Positions 35,218-45,552 of a DNA stretch of 64,000 nt are shown here, in pieces (the stretch's first letter is position 1; every line of letters starts with the position of its first letter). Under the pieces are notes generated by a model. That model worked only from the letters and a program-made list of their open reading frames with translations. It made no database searches and was not told where the DNA came from. A program made the translations under genes and the position numbers. Origin of the DNA: Verrucomicrobiia bacterium (lineage in GTDB: Bacteria > Verrucomicrobiota > Verrucomicrobiia > Limisphaerales > UBA1319). The DNA is taken from positions 4,000,001-4,064,000 of the forward strand of contig OY760937.1 of assembly GCA_963664225.1 (NCBI GenBank), written 5' to 3'.

Positions 35218-36201
35218 ATGAAAATTCGGAAATCAGCAATTAAGAGTTTGAGCAGTAAATCGGTGAATGTCGCCCGGCGCTCTGTGCCGTTGGCAGTGGT
35301 TGTTTCTGCGGCGCTGGCCCAGGGGGTCGGCGCCACTGAGAACGTGGCACGTCGCCCCTTTGCGGAATGGGCGGATCTGCCCGGGCAAGGTCAATTCGTG
35401 GTGTCGCCCTGGTATATGGAGGCCGAGGGATACCATATCTGGAGAGGCAGTACGCGCGAAGACGTCAATGTGATTCGCAAGGGTGAGGACTATGGGGTTG
35501 ATTCGATGAACGGCATCATCGGATTCCAATACGGCATCGCGCCGAAATGGGCGGCGGATTTGAATATCGGCATTGGCACCGTGGGCACGCGCTCCTTCAA
35601 CGCGGCGGGGGAATCCCAATCCACCACGGGATTGATGGACACCTCGGCGGGTGTGCGTTATCAGATTTTCAACGAGGCCGAAGCCACCTCCTGCTGGACG
35701 CCGACTCTGACCGTGCGGTTTGCCGGAATCGTGCCGGGCAGCTACGAAAAGGATTTTCCGTTTGCGCCGGGTAATCATTCGGCGGCCATTGAACCTTCTT
35801 TGCTGGCGAAGAAACATTTTGGCTGGACCGGTTTTGGCGCTTACGCTGATACCTATTTCCGCTGGATGCGCACCAGCGGCGATGACCAGTACATGGCTTC
35901 CGCCGGATTCTTCCAGGAGATCAAGAATTGGACCCTGGACGTGGGCTACCGCCATTTCCAGATGCTGTCTGGCGAGGACATCACGCGCAATGGATATGCG
36001 ATCTGCTATTCGCCCCAAATCAAGGAAATCAGCGAATCGATTCAGGCGGGCTTCAACTACCGGACCACGAGTAAAAAGTACAATTACGGCTTCCAGATGA
36101 GCAAGACAGTGGATGGCCGGAACACCGATTCAGCCTTCTGGCTGGGCGTTTATGCGGATTTCACGTTTGGTGGAATCAAAAAAAAGGACGCTGTCGAATA
36201 A
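35218..36201 (+). CDS. Putative outer-membrane beta-barrel protein
   Basis: Signal peptide; alternating aromatic beta-strands; GLMDTSAGVRYQI...PTLTVRF and terminal LGVYADFTF resemble MetA-pathway/SphA-like barrels. Confidence 0.6.
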   Translation: MKIRKSAIKSLSSKSVNVARRSVPLAVVVSAALAQGVGATENVARRPFAEWADLPGQGQFVVSPWYMEAEGYHIWRGSTREDVNVIRKGEDYGVDSMNGIIGFQYGIAPKWAADLNIGIGTVGTRSFNAAGESQSTTGLMDTSAGVRYQIFNEAEATSCWTPTLTVRFAGIVPGSYEKDFPFAPGNHSAAIEPSLLAKKHFGWTGFGAYADTYFRWMRTSGDDQYMASAGFFQEIKNWTLDVGYRHFQMLSGEDITRNGYAICYSPQIKEISESIQAGFNYRTTSKKYNYGFQMSKTVDGRNTDSAFWLGVYADFTFGGIKKKDAVE

Positions 36202-36228
36202 AATTGCGCGAGCCTTGATTTTAAAATG

Positions 36229-36260
36229 AAAAAACCACGCCGTTCCAAGCGTGGTTTTTT
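36229..36260. terminator. Bidirectional intrinsic terminator
   Basis: AAAAAACCACGC-loop-GCGTGGTTTTTT between convergent genes. Confidence 0.8.
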
Positions 36261-36280
36261 AATGCCCTCAAAAAATCATA

Positions 36281-38239
36281 TCACGGGTTGAGATGATACC
36301 GGCGGCCCATGTATAGGATATCGGCAATTTGATAAAGGGCCATTGCGTCCTTCGCGAACTCAACGTCTTCGGGCGTCGGAGAGGTCAGGGGGGCCATATC
36401 GACTTTTTTGGGATCGCCGGTGTAGTATTCCACGCGGTCCATTAACCCCAAAACCACGAGCCGTTCCCTTGCGTAAAGCGCGATGTCGCGATTGTGATTC
36501 AAGTAGGCCCTTGGCTGGAGATCATCCGGCTTGAGCATGTCCCTTCCGAAGAAAAGCGATGTATAGGGGCGTCCGATCAGGCCCAGAATGGTCGGGGATA
36601 CATCCAGAGAACCGCCCAGCCTGCCAATACGCTGGGGGGCTTTCACAACGGCCGGACCGGCGATGACCAGGGGGATTTCATACGAATGAATGGGAACGCT
36701 CTGGCTGCCATAAACGCGGGCCCCGTGGTCGGCGACCACGGCAAAAACCGTGTTGGTCCAGAACGCCTCCTTTTTGGCCATGGCAAAGAACTGGCCCAGG
36801 CAGTAATCGGAATATTTGACGGCGTGCTCCCGCCTGCGCATGTTCGGGTCTTCGGGAATGCGGCCTGTGGGATACGTGTAGGGCTTGTGATTTGAGACGG
36901 AGAGGATCGTGCCCAGGAAGGGTTTTCCCATTTTATTCATCTCCCGAAATTCCTCGATGGCGCGCTTGAATACATCCTCGTCGCAAACCCCCCAAATGGT
37001 GGTGAAAGTCGGTTTTTCAAAATTCTTTTGCTCGATGAACCGGTCATAGCCGTTATTCATCGTGAACGAGCGCATCCCATCGAAGAGGCCGCGCCCGCCA
37101 TACAGGAAGAGGGTGGAATAACCGTCCCGCTTGAGGACGCGGGCAATGGTTTCCACGTTGTCCGACAAATCCCGCTTCACGATGGAATCGCCCGGCAAGG
37201 GCGGGAATGATGAGAGCACGCCCTCAAAGCCGCGCACCGTGCGGTTGCCCGAAGCGAAGAGATTGGTGAAAAGCAGGCCTTGTTCGCCGGCCAGCCGATC
37301 CATTTCCGGCGTCAGATTTTCATTGGTGCTTCCCAGGGATCCCCAAAACTCCGAGCCCAGGCTTTCCTCCAGGAATATGACCACATTCAGCCGCGGCCGG
37401 GTCGGATCGCCCTCTATTTTGCGCTCGATGGACTGGCCTTCACTGGTGAACTTTGCTCCGGGTTCCTCGAAAAGCTTGCGGGCGCGTTGCCAGGCTTCCT
37501 CCTGGGGAAGCGTTTTGTAAAAGGCGGCGTAATCCAGGTGGCGAGTCCAGAAGGCGGAGAAAAACGACATGGCGCCGTTATTGGCCATTTCGTTGATGAT
37601 GCGATCCTGGCTGACATGCGGGCTTTTGAGGCTGAGTGTTGAAGCCATGGCAACAAACAAGGCGCAGCAGCCCACCACGATGGCGAAGCTGCGCAGTCGG
37701 CTCACGCGCCGCATCCACATGCCGGAAAACGTCCAGAAGGCCCAAAACACCCACGCCAGGCTCAGGGCCGCGCAGATGGCCACCACGAGAACGACCGGGT
37801 AGGTGTCCCAGATGTTGATGAACACTTCGTGAGGATAGAGCAGGTAATCCACCGCCACGGTGTTGTAGCGGGATCGAAATTCCTCGAAGAAGAAATATTC
37901 CGCGGCGACGGTGAATATCTGGATGAACCAAAAAAGGAACAGCCCGCCGCCCAGCAGAACCCGATGCCACCATTTGGGAAACCAGCGTTCCGGAACCAGG
38001 AAAAACCAGCCCAGCAGGGGCAGGGTCATCAGCAGGGCCACGGTGAAATCCCGTTGCAGGCCCGTCAGGAACATCCGGCCAATCTCGGAGGCCGCCGGCA
38101 TCACGGCCGGATGGAAAACGCCAAACAGGATCGCCCGTAGCAGGGAGAAAAAAAGGATCAGGCAGATCCCAAACGCGGTGGCCAGGCCGTAACGGGACTG
38201 ACGCCAGCCCCGGCTTTTAATTTGTGGTTCGGCGTCCAT
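36281..38239 (-). CDS. LTA synthase/MdoB-family phosphoglycerol transferase (sulfatase fold)
   Basis: Five N-terminal TMs; NVVIFLEESLG, NRTVRG (Thr nucleophile), SVSNHKPY, VADHG. Confidence 0.9.
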   Translation of the reverse strand: MDAEPQIKSRGWRQSRYGLATAFGICLILFFSLLRAILFGVFHPAVMPAASEIGRMFLTGLQRDFTVALLMTLPLLGWFFLVPERWFPKWWHRVLLGGGLFLFWFIQIFTVAAEYFFFEEFRSRYNTVAVDYLLYPHEVFINIWDTYPVVLVVAICAALSLAWVFWAFWTFSGMWMRRVSRLRSFAIVVGCCALFVAMASTLSLKSPHVSQDRIINEMANNGAMSFFSAFWTRHLDYAAFYKTLPQEEAWQRARKLFEEPGAKFTSEGQSIERKIEGDPTRPRLNVVIFLEESLGSEFWGSLGSTNENLTPEMDRLAGEQGLLFTNLFASGNRTVRGFEGVLSSFPPLPGDSIVKRDLSDNVETIARVLKRDGYSTLFLYGGRGLFDGMRSFTMNNGYDRFIEQKNFEKPTFTTIWGVCDEDVFKRAIEEFREMNKMGKPFLGTILSVSNHKPYTYPTGRIPEDPNMRRREHAVKYSDYCLGQFFAMAKKEAFWTNTVFAVVADHGARVYGSQSVPIHSYEIPLVIAGPAVVKAPQRIGRLGGSLDVSPTILGLIGRPYTSLFFGRDMLKPDDLQPRAYLNHNRDIALYARERLVVLGLMDRVEYYTGDPKKVDMAPLTSPTPEDVEFAKDAMALYQIADILYMGRRYHLNP

Positions 38240-38406
38240 AGATGCAATATATCGATATACCCAGATTTGTCAGACTGTAATCTTCCCCCGTCATTTGTCC
38301 ATCTGAACAACGATATTTTGGGTGTCAAGCTCATGACGTCCTGATGCATTGTCAAGATGCGCGCTTGCCAAACGGGCTGGGATTTTTTTATATCATGGGT
38401 TCAACA

Positions 38407-39624
38407 ATGGCACTCATTGTACAAAAATATGGCGGAACGTCCGTCGGGAACCCCGACCGCATCAAAAATGTGGCGGCCCGCGTGGCGCGATATCGGGCGG
38501 CAGGCGACCAGGTGGTGGTCGTGGTGTCGGCGATGAGCGGAGTCACTGACGGGCTGATCAAAATGGCGCGGGAGATCATGCCGCTGCCGACCGAGCGTGA
38601 AATGGACATGCTGCTGGCCACGGGCGAGCAGACGACCATTGCGCTGACGGCCATGGCGCTCCAGAGCATTGGGGTCAAAGCCGTGTCGCTGACGGGCGCG
38701 CAGGCCGGTATCGTCACCGACGGGGTGCATACGAAGGCGAAGATTCAAAATATCACGCCCAGGAAAATTCATGAGTATTTGAACGCGGGCCAGGTGGTGA
38801 TCGTGGCCGGTTTCCAGGGGCAAACGTCCGAGGGACAGATCACGACACTGGGCCGTGGAGGTTCTGACCTGACGGCCATTGCGCTGGCGGCGGCATTGAA
38901 GGCCAGTTTATGCCAGATTTACACCGATGTGGATGGGGTTTACACGGCGGATCCTCGAGTGGTGCCCGCCGCCCGCAAGCTGGACGAGATTTCCTATGAT
39001 GAAATGCTCGAACTGGCCAGCCTGGGCGCCAAGGTGATGCAGTCCCGCTCCGTGGAGTTTGCCAAGAAATTTGGCGTTATTTTTGAAGTGCGGTCCAGTT
39101 TGAACGATAATCCGGGAACGATTGTGAAAGAGGAAACCAAAAACATGGAGGACGTCGTCATTCGCGGCGTCTCGCTCGACAAGAACCAGGCCAAGGTGAC
39201 GTTGGTGGGCGTGCCGGACCGGCCCGGTGTCGCTTCGCGCATATTCAACGCACTGGCCGCCGCGGCGGTGAATGTCGATATGATCGTCCAAAACGTCAGT
39301 CATGGCGCGGGGGTTCAGGCCACGGACCTGTCGTTCACAATGGATAAGCCGGACTTGTTGAAGGCGCAAAAAGTGATCGAAAGCCTCAAGGCGGAGATCG
39401 GCTACACGATGGTGAGCGCGGACGAGAAGATCGGCAAGCTCTCGATCGTGGGCGTGGGCATGCGCAGTCATTCCGGCGTTGCCGCCAAGATGTTCGAGAC
39501 CCTGGCCAAGGAAGGGGTGAACATCGACATGATCTCGACCAGCGAAATCAAGATTTCCGTGGTGATCTCACTGGCCCGTGGCGATGCGGCGATGAAAGCC
39601 GTGCATGCTGCTTTCCTGGGATAG
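38407..39624 (+). CDS. lysC: Aspartate kinase
   Basis: MALIVQKYGGTSVG, TTLGRGGSDLTA, YTDVDGVYTADPR, two ACT domains. Confidence 0.96.
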   Translation: MALIVQKYGGTSVGNPDRIKNVAARVARYRAAGDQVVVVVSAMSGVTDGLIKMAREIMPLPTEREMDMLLATGEQTTIALTAMALQSIGVKAVSLTGAQAGIVTDGVHTKAKIQNITPRKIHEYLNAGQVVIVAGFQGQTSEGQITTLGRGGSDLTAIALAAALKASLCQIYTDVDGVYTADPRVVPAARKLDEISYDEMLELASLGAKVMQSRSVEFAKKFGVIFEVRSSLNDNPGTIVKEETKNMEDVVIRGVSLDKNQAKVTLVGVPDRPGVASRIFNALAAAAVNVDMIVQNVSHGAGVQATDLSFTMDKPDLLKAQKVIESLKAEIGYTMVSADEKIGKLSIVGVGMRSHSGVAAKMFETLAKEGVNIDMISTSEIKISVVISLARGDAAMKAVHAAFLG

Positions 39625-39655
39625 TGACGGCAGGATCACGATTTGTTTTAAAGCG

Positions 39656-39698
39656 AAGAGGCCTGGCGTCTGGTGAAAACCCAGGCCAGGCCTTTTTT
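39656..39698 (+). terminator. Intrinsic terminator after lysC
   Basis: AAGAGGCCTGGC...GCCAGGCCTTTTTT. Confidence 0.7.
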
Positions 39699-39757
39699 GT
39701 TGAGTCAATTGGCTTTCCTCCTGAATAGATGACTCCTTCAGGCGTCCAATCAGTTCA

Positions 39758-42700
39758 ATGAAGCCTCATCCGATTTACTCTCTGGAGTTCCATGCCTTGC
39801 GACGTGGGCGCATGCTGATGGCCAGCGGGGTGGCGGGGCTGCTGGGAATTGGAATCGTAATGGTCTCCCTTGCCAATGCGGGCGAATCACCCGCCCGGTG
39901 GTCGTGGCAGGAACCGCAGGCAAAAGTCCTGCCAACCGGGGACATCGAGTTGGTCCAAAAACCCTTCGACTTCAAACCGGGCTCATCGATACGTTATGTC
40001 GATTTCGACCAGGGCGCCGACACCAACGACGGCCTCTCGAAGCAGTCTCCCTGGAAACACCATCCCTGGGATCCCAACGCCACCGATCAGGCGAAGACCT
40101 GCAAAAGTTCTCAAACCTACGTGTTCAAGCAGGGTGTGGTTTATCGCGGAGAATTGACCGCCAACGAGTCGGGCACTCCGGCCAGTCCAATCATTCTGAC
40201 ACGCGACCCCAATTGGGGCGTGGGGTCGGCCGTCCTCAGCGGCTCGGAAGTGATGACAGGCTGGAAGAAGGGCGCGGATAACGTGTCCATTCCTGAGCGC
40301 GAAAGGGTCTGGTATGTGGACCTCGACTGGGCGCCACGGAACGTCTGGATGGTGGGCCAGGACGATGCGGTGACGCGTGTGGCGCTGGCCCGCACCCCGA
40401 ATTGGAACATCACCGATCCGGACGACATCAAGAGCGAATGGTGGACCTGGAAGAATCCCGACAAGCCATTTGACAATTACACCACCGTGAAAGGTCAGCG
40501 GCGGCATCTCGCGTTCGACAGGGAGCGCATCAACACCAACCAGCCCCAGGATTACTACGAAGGCGCCATTGTCTGGACCACCAAGGGCTGGGTGATGGGC
40601 AGCCCGTTCCAGGCCAACGTCATCGCAGCAGACCGGGAAAAAGGTTCACTGACTTTTGCCTGTCAATGGGGCGGCGAACCCTCCTACAAAATCATCCGCG
40701 GCTGCAAGTATTATCTCGAAGACAAGCCGCATTACCTCGACAGTCCCGGCGAGTTTTGGTTCGACAAAAAGGGCGGGGGCGGTCGTCTCTATATACGCCT
40801 GCCCGGCGACCAGGATCCGAACACGGTCCGCGTCGAAGTGGCCAAACGCGTTCACATGATCGAAAGCCGGGGCATGAGCCATGTGCGCGTGAGTGGACTC
40901 ACCTTTCGCTTCCCCAATATCATCTGGAACCTGACCGCCGCGCCTTACTGGGTGTCCCACGAAAGCATCGATGCGGAACCGGGCTGTGTGCGGTTGCTGG
41001 GCAGCGGCACAAACATCATGGTGGATCACTGTGTTTTCGAGCATGTTCACAAGGGCGTTCGCATTAAGGCCGTCGGTTCTTCTGACGCCATCGACAAGGT
41101 GGCGGTGGAGGATAACGTGTTCACCGACGCGGATTCGGGCGGTGCCGAGATCGGCGATGGCACCACCTACGGGGACGTGGCCGATCCGATGGGCCGCCTC
41201 TACGACGTCCGCGTGATGCGAAACAAGTTCGACCACATCGGCATTCGTCCCGACCTCTTTGGCAAGGGCGGATCGCTCACGGTTGATTATGCCGCGACCG
41301 TGGAAGTGGCGGGAAACGTGTTTGACCGGGTGTGCGCCCAGGGAGTTGATGTCCATGGTGCCAAGGCGAATGACGCGGCCACGGACCGGCCCTTCACCCG
41401 CATTCTCATCCACCATAACAAGGCGGTCGATACATTGCTCAACGTGGACGACTTCGGCGGCATCGAAACCTGGCAGGGCGGCCCGGCTTATGTCTATGAC
41501 AACATTTCGGGCAATCCCGGCGGCTATCGCAGTTGGGATCATGAGTTGAATCCCAATGCGGAAAATCGCTTCGGTCACGCCTATTATCTGGACGGCGCGT
41601 TCAAGAATTACCACTTCAACAACATCGCCTGGGGCAAGTCCAAGGGACCTGCGGGCAAGCTGGCGAACACTGCGGCGTTTCAGGAGATCATCAGTTACCA
41701 GAACACGTTCTTCAATAACACGATTTTCAACTTTGTGACCGGATCGCGCCGCCAGGCGCCCCAGGCGGGACAGGTCAAGTTCCTGGGCAATATCTGGCAG
41801 GGCATGGGTTACCGCGTCTTCCGCGATGCCGATCCCGCCCGCACCGCCGCCGCAGGCAACGAGGCCGATGCCGGCCGTCGTGCCGATGAATATGCCATCG
41901 ATACGGATGCCTATGCGCGCAACGTCTTCCACGATCTCGGGGATGAATTCGGTGTGCTCGAATCTTCCGGGCGGTGGATCAAGACTCTTCCGGAGTTCCA
42001 GAAAACCCTGGGAAATTACAAACCGCTGGCTGCGGAGGTGGGTATCATGGCCGATCAACCGCCCCTGCGCGATGCCGCGGCTCACGACTTCCATCCTTCC
42101 ACCAACTCGGCGGCGCGCGGTCGGGGCGCAAAAGTCTTTGTTCCATGGAGCCTTTACGAGACTGTGGGCGAATGGAATTTTCATCCGATCCAGGGCGATC
42201 CGACCCGCATCCTGGACGATCATTGGTGCATGTCCGCCTATTACACGGGCAGGGACGATTATTACAAGCAGCCTGTTTATCCGCTCAAAGGCATCAACAT
42301 CGGCTTGCAGGATTACCAGAATGGTCCGCTGGAGAACTGGACCACGGGCGCCCTGCACTTCAACGGAACCAATCAATATGCCGTTTTGGGGAATGAGGAA
42401 CTCGGCCGCACGGTCAACATCGACGCACGGGGACGCAGCGGCAGCGTGAAACGCACGGTCAGCGGCGCGGAATTAAGCAGCCCGCAAATCCACACCTCAA
42501 ACTTCCTGATCGAGGCCTTCTTTAAGACAGCGGCGGGACAGACCGATGCACCATTGATCCAGAAAATGACCACCGCTGGCTGGAGCCTGGACGTGAATCC
42601 ATCCGGAGGCGTGACGTTGAAGGCGAAAACGACCAATGCCACCGCCAGTCTGGCCAGTCGCCGGGTCGTCAACGATGGCCAATGGCACCATTTAATTGCG

Positions 42701-43015
42701 GAGGCTGACCGCAAGGCGGGAACGTTCACCATTTATATCGATGGCAGGAAGGATGCCAGCGGTCCCGGACTCAGGTCGGAAGCTTCCCTGGCCAACGACG
42801 CCAATCTTTATGTGGCAGGCACTCCGCAGGGTCATTGCCTAAACGGCACAATCGATTTCTTGCGCATCGCGCGCGGCACACTGGCTGACTCGAAGACGAC
42901 GATCGAAGAACTCTATGCGTGGGAATTCAACGGGCCGTTCCTCGACGATATGACTGGTCGGCGTCGGCCCGCAGATGGCGGATACGCGGGAGCCTTGGAT
43001 GGCGCCGCGCAGTAA
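39758..43015 (+). CDS. Large secreted right-handed beta-helix (pectin-lyase-like) protein with C-terminal LamG/ConA-like domain
   Basis: Signal peptide; YVDFDQGADTNDGLSKQSPWK, FKQGVVYRG, LEDKPHYLDSPGEFWFD; Asn-ladder repeats; LamG VNDGQWHHL...IYIDG...GTIDFLRI. Confidence 0.75.
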   Translation: MKPHPIYSLEFHALRRGRMLMASGVAGLLGIGIVMVSLANAGESPARWSWQEPQAKVLPTGDIELVQKPFDFKPGSSIRYVDFDQGADTNDGLSKQSPWKHHPWDPNATDQAKTCKSSQTYVFKQGVVYRGELTANESGTPASPIILTRDPNWGVGSAVLSGSEVMTGWKKGADNVSIPERERVWYVDLDWAPRNVWMVGQDDAVTRVALARTPNWNITDPDDIKSEWWTWKNPDKPFDNYTTVKGQRRHLAFDRERINTNQPQDYYEGAIVWTTKGWVMGSPFQANVIAADREKGSLTFACQWGGEPSYKIIRGCKYYLEDKPHYLDSPGEFWFDKKGGGGRLYIRLPGDQDPNTVRVEVAKRVHMIESRGMSHVRVSGLTFRFPNIIWNLTAAPYWVSHESIDAEPGCVRLLGSGTNIMVDHCVFEHVHKGVRIKAVGSSDAIDKVAVEDNVFTDADSGGAEIGDGTTYGDVADPMGRLYDVRVMRNKFDHIGIRPDLFGKGGSLTVDYAATVEVAGNVFDRVCAQGVDVHGAKANDAATDRPFTRILIHHNKAVDTLLNVDDFGGIETWQGGPAYVYDNISGNPGGYRSWDHELNPNAENRFGHAYYLDGAFKNYHFNNIAWGKSKGPAGKLANTAAFQEIISYQNTFFNNTIFNFVTGSRRQAPQAGQVKFLGNIWQGMGYRVFRDADPARTAAAGNEADAGRRADEYAIDTDAYARNVFHDLGDEFGVLESSGRWIKTLPEFQKTLGNYKPLAAEVGIMADQPPLRDAAAHDFHPSTNSAARGRGAKVFVPWSLYETVGEWNFHPIQGDPTRILDDHWCMSAYYTGRDDYYKQPVYPLKGINIGLQDYQNGPLENWTTGALHFNGTNQYAVLGNEELGRTVNIDARGRSGSVKRTVSGAELSSPQIHTSNFLIEAFFKTAAGQTDAPLIQKMTTAGWSLDVNPSGGVTLKAKTTNATASLASRRVVNDGQWHHLIAEADRKAGTFTIYIDGRKDASGPGLRSEASLANDANLYVAGTPQGHCLNGTIDFLRIARGTLADSKTTIEELYAWEFNGPFLDDMTGRRRPADGGYAGALDGAAQ

Positions 43016-43095
43016 GATTAGAAAGTCTGCCATCAGAACAGCTCCTGTCCTGAAGGCTGACCCATTTCGTGGCCTGCTTCAGCCCGGCTCCAGTA

Positions 43096-44289
43096 TTACT
43101 GGAATAGCTGGGGCGCGAATTCGTTGAGGTATTCGCGCCAATTGATCCAGGTGTGGGCGCCTTCTGTTTCCTTGTAAACCACGTTGAAACCGTGCTTCTT
43201 GAACATCTCCACGGTGGCGCGGGAGGTCGCCACCAGGAAATCATCCTTGCCGGTGGCGAACCAGAACAACTTGAGGCCCTCCTTCAGTTTCGAATCGTCC
43301 AGCTTTGCCTTGTTCTGCTCTTCAAAGGTGGGACTGGCGGGTGTATTGGTGGCGCCTGGACGACCGCTGCCGGTGATGCCGAACACCCCGGAACTGTAAA
43401 CACCCAGATAACCGAACTTCTCCAAATTCGGAATGCCGATGTTCAACGTCTGGCCGCCGCCCATGCTCAAGCCGGCCAGCGCACGGTTCTTCCGGTCGGT
43501 GGAAACGCGATAGTTCTTCTCAATGTAAGGCATGATGTCCGTCATGAAATCCTGTGTAAATTCATCGACTGTGGGCCGGGGGCCGCCCGAACGAAACGCG
43601 CTCGTATGCCCGGCTGGCATCACGACAAGCATGGGCCTGGCCTTCTTTGCCGCAATGAGGTTGTCGAGGATGAAACCGGCGCGTCCGACCGAACTCCACG
43701 AATCGTCGCTATCGCTCGCGCCGTGCAACAGGTAAAACACGGGAAACGTGCCGTTGCCCAACTCGTAGCCCGGAGGCGTATAGACGTGCATTCGGCGGAA
43801 TCTCTGGAGCGATGTGGAATAATACGTCACCGAAGCCACCGCACCGTGCGGCACGTCCAGCGTGTCCATCCAGTCAACACCGGACACGTTGACCAGGCTC
43901 CAGATATTGTTGTTTGATTCGCTTGTGGCCGGATTGCGGGGGTCGATCACGGACACCCCATCCACATTGAAATTATACCGATACGCGCCGGGGTTGATGG
44001 GGCCGATGGTGGCCTCCCAGACGTCGTTGGTCCCTTTGGTCATCTGCGCGCCCTGGCCCAGGCCCGGGATGTCGCCGGCGGAGAGTCGCACGCTCTCCGC
44101 CTTGGGGGCGAGAATGCGGAAGGTGACCTTGCCTTCCGCGGTGACCTCAGGCGAAACCACCTGCGGGGCCATCGGCCCGGCGGCCCTGGCCGGTCGATTG
44201 GTGAGTTGGGCGAATGTCAACGATGGAAGGGCGGACGCGGCCAGCAAGGCCACTGTCAGAAGACGGCAAATGCCGATTCGAGTTTTCAT
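43096..44289 (-). CDS. Secreted CE1-like esterase with N-terminal E-set/CBM48-like domain
   Basis: VTFRILAPKA...YRYNFNVDG..VIDP; VYTPPGYE, YLLHG, AGLSMGG, GAHTWINWREYL; start ATG 44289. Confidence 0.9.
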   Translation of the reverse strand: MKTRIGICRLLTVALLAASALPSLTFAQLTNRPARAAGPMAPQVVSPEVTAEGKVTFRILAPKAESVRLSAGDIPGLGQGAQMTKGTNDVWEATIGPINPGAYRYNFNVDGVSVIDPRNPATSESNNNIWSLVNVSGVDWMDTLDVPHGAVASVTYYSTSLQRFRRMHVYTPPGYELGNGTFPVFYLLHGASDSDDSWSSVGRAGFILDNLIAAKKARPMLVVMPAGHTSAFRSGGPRPTVDEFTQDFMTDIMPYIEKNYRVSTDRKNRALAGLSMGGGQTLNIGIPNLEKFGYLGVYSSGVFGITGSGRPGATNTPASPTFEEQNKAKLDDSKLKEGLKLFWFATGKDDFLVATSRATVEMFKKHGFNVVYKETEGAHTWINWREYLNEFAPQLFQ

Positions 44290-44484
44290 GATCGTAGTGG
44301 TTGCGGAATGATGATGCCGAATCCTGAGTGAATCACGGAGGCCTGTCCAGAAATATTCTGACAACCAAAACCGGTCTATGCACGGCAGTGTCGGCATTTT
44401 ACGCACGCCAACTGGTGTTGGTTGAACCGCCCAATGGGAATGGTGCTTCCATCACGCGGGTGGTCCACTGGTCGAAGGGCGGAA

Positions 44485-44496
44485 TCAACCGGTTGA
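44485..44496. promoter_or_regulatory. Palindrome TCAACCGGTTGA, candidate LacI-family operator
   Basis: Perfect 12-bp palindrome with the same AACCGGTT core as 5198-5209, upstream of the esterase gene. Confidence 0.35.
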
Positions 44497-44565
44497 AATT
44501 GGTGATTTGAACTTGCATGGCATCCGTCGCTGGACGGTTCCCGCCAAACGGGTTACTTTGGTCGC

Positions 44566-45390
44566 ATGATGCTTGAAGACCACGCTGGCGACATTGTCCA
44601 AAAATCACGGAAGGCGGCCAGGGTGAACGCCGCCGTTGCGGCCCAATCCGCCGGGTTGTCCCTTGAAGAATACGAGGTTTTCGAGAGTACTGGCGAATGC
44701 AGCCACCGGCCGAATTATGAAGTGCTGGCACCCATGCTGTCGCTGCATCCCGCGCGGTTGGACGCCATCGCCAATGGCTGGATGCCTGTGGCGCCGGATA
44801 TTTCTCAGTGGCGCCAATTGCGCCAGATTTCCACCACACTGCGTGGAAACGCCGTCAACGCATATCTGGTTTGGGACGAAATCACTCGTGAAGCCGCCTT
44901 GTTCGACACCGGCTGGGATGCCGCACCCATTCTGGCCATCATCAACGAAAACGGTTTGGATTTAAACCACGTTTTTCTTACCCACGAACATGAGGATCAT
45001 GTGGCTGGCTTGACGGGTATCCGCGATCGTTTTCCGAAAGTGCGAATTCATTCCAGCGCCGCCACTGCGCCTGCGGATCAACGCAATCGTTCCAATGACT
45101 TCATTCAATTGGGCAACCTGCGCATCACACTCCGGGCCACTCCAGGACACAGTCCCGATGGGGTGACCTACCTGGTGGGCAATTTTCCCGAGGACGCCCC
45201 CAATGCGGCGTTTGTCGGAGACGCGTTGTTTGCAGGGTCCATGGGGCGCGGATTTGAATCCACGGAACTGCTGCGCCGCTCAGTGCGCGAACAAATCCTC
45301 ACCCTTCCCGAGGATACACTGATTTGCCCTGGACATGGTCCGTTCACCACTGTGGGCCAGGAGAAGGCGCACAATCCTTTTTTTGGGTAA
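44566..45390 (+). CDS. Glyoxalase-II-like MBL-fold hydrolase with N-terminal HTH-like extension
   Basis: THEHEDH, TPGHSPD, GDALFAGS, CPGHGP, EKAHNPF motifs. Confidence 0.85.
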   Translation: MMLEDHAGDIVQKSRKAARVNAAVAAQSAGLSLEEYEVFESTGECSHRPNYEVLAPMLSLHPARLDAIANGWMPVAPDISQWRQLRQISTTLRGNAVNAYLVWDEITREAALFDTGWDAAPILAIINENGLDLNHVFLTHEHEDHVAGLTGIRDRFPKVRIHSSAATAPADQRNRSNDFIQLGNLRITLRATPGHSPDGVTYLVGNFPEDAPNAAFVGDALFAGSMGRGFESTELLRRSVREQILTLPEDTLICPGHGPFTTVGQEKAHNPFFG

Positions 45391-45458
45391 GCTGCGGACT
45401 GCCTGGATTCTGTAAGTTGTTCGTGAGCGTAGCGCGGAGATCCTGCACGCCCCGAGTT

Positions 45459-45498
45459 TTGTCACACGATTGTAACCTGCCCGCCCTTTGTTTGTCAC
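45459..45498 (+). promoter_or_regulatory. Pho box array
   Basis: TTGTCAC (45459), TTGTAAC (45470), TTGTCAC (45492): 11-bp phased repeats matching the PhoB CTGTCA consensus, directly upstream of the pst/pho operon. Confidence 0.8.
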
Positions 45499-45552
45499 CG
45501 GGGTCTCTTAGATATGTCGTTGTAGGCGAGCACAACAACTCAACACAACGAC

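Noticed and set aside
35218..36201. This barrel, or the porin at 45553, as the MtrB partner of the cytochrome
   Set aside because: Much shorter than MtrB-type barrels, 24-35 kb from the cytochrome, no adjacent periplasmic multiheme gene; the second is Pho-box linked
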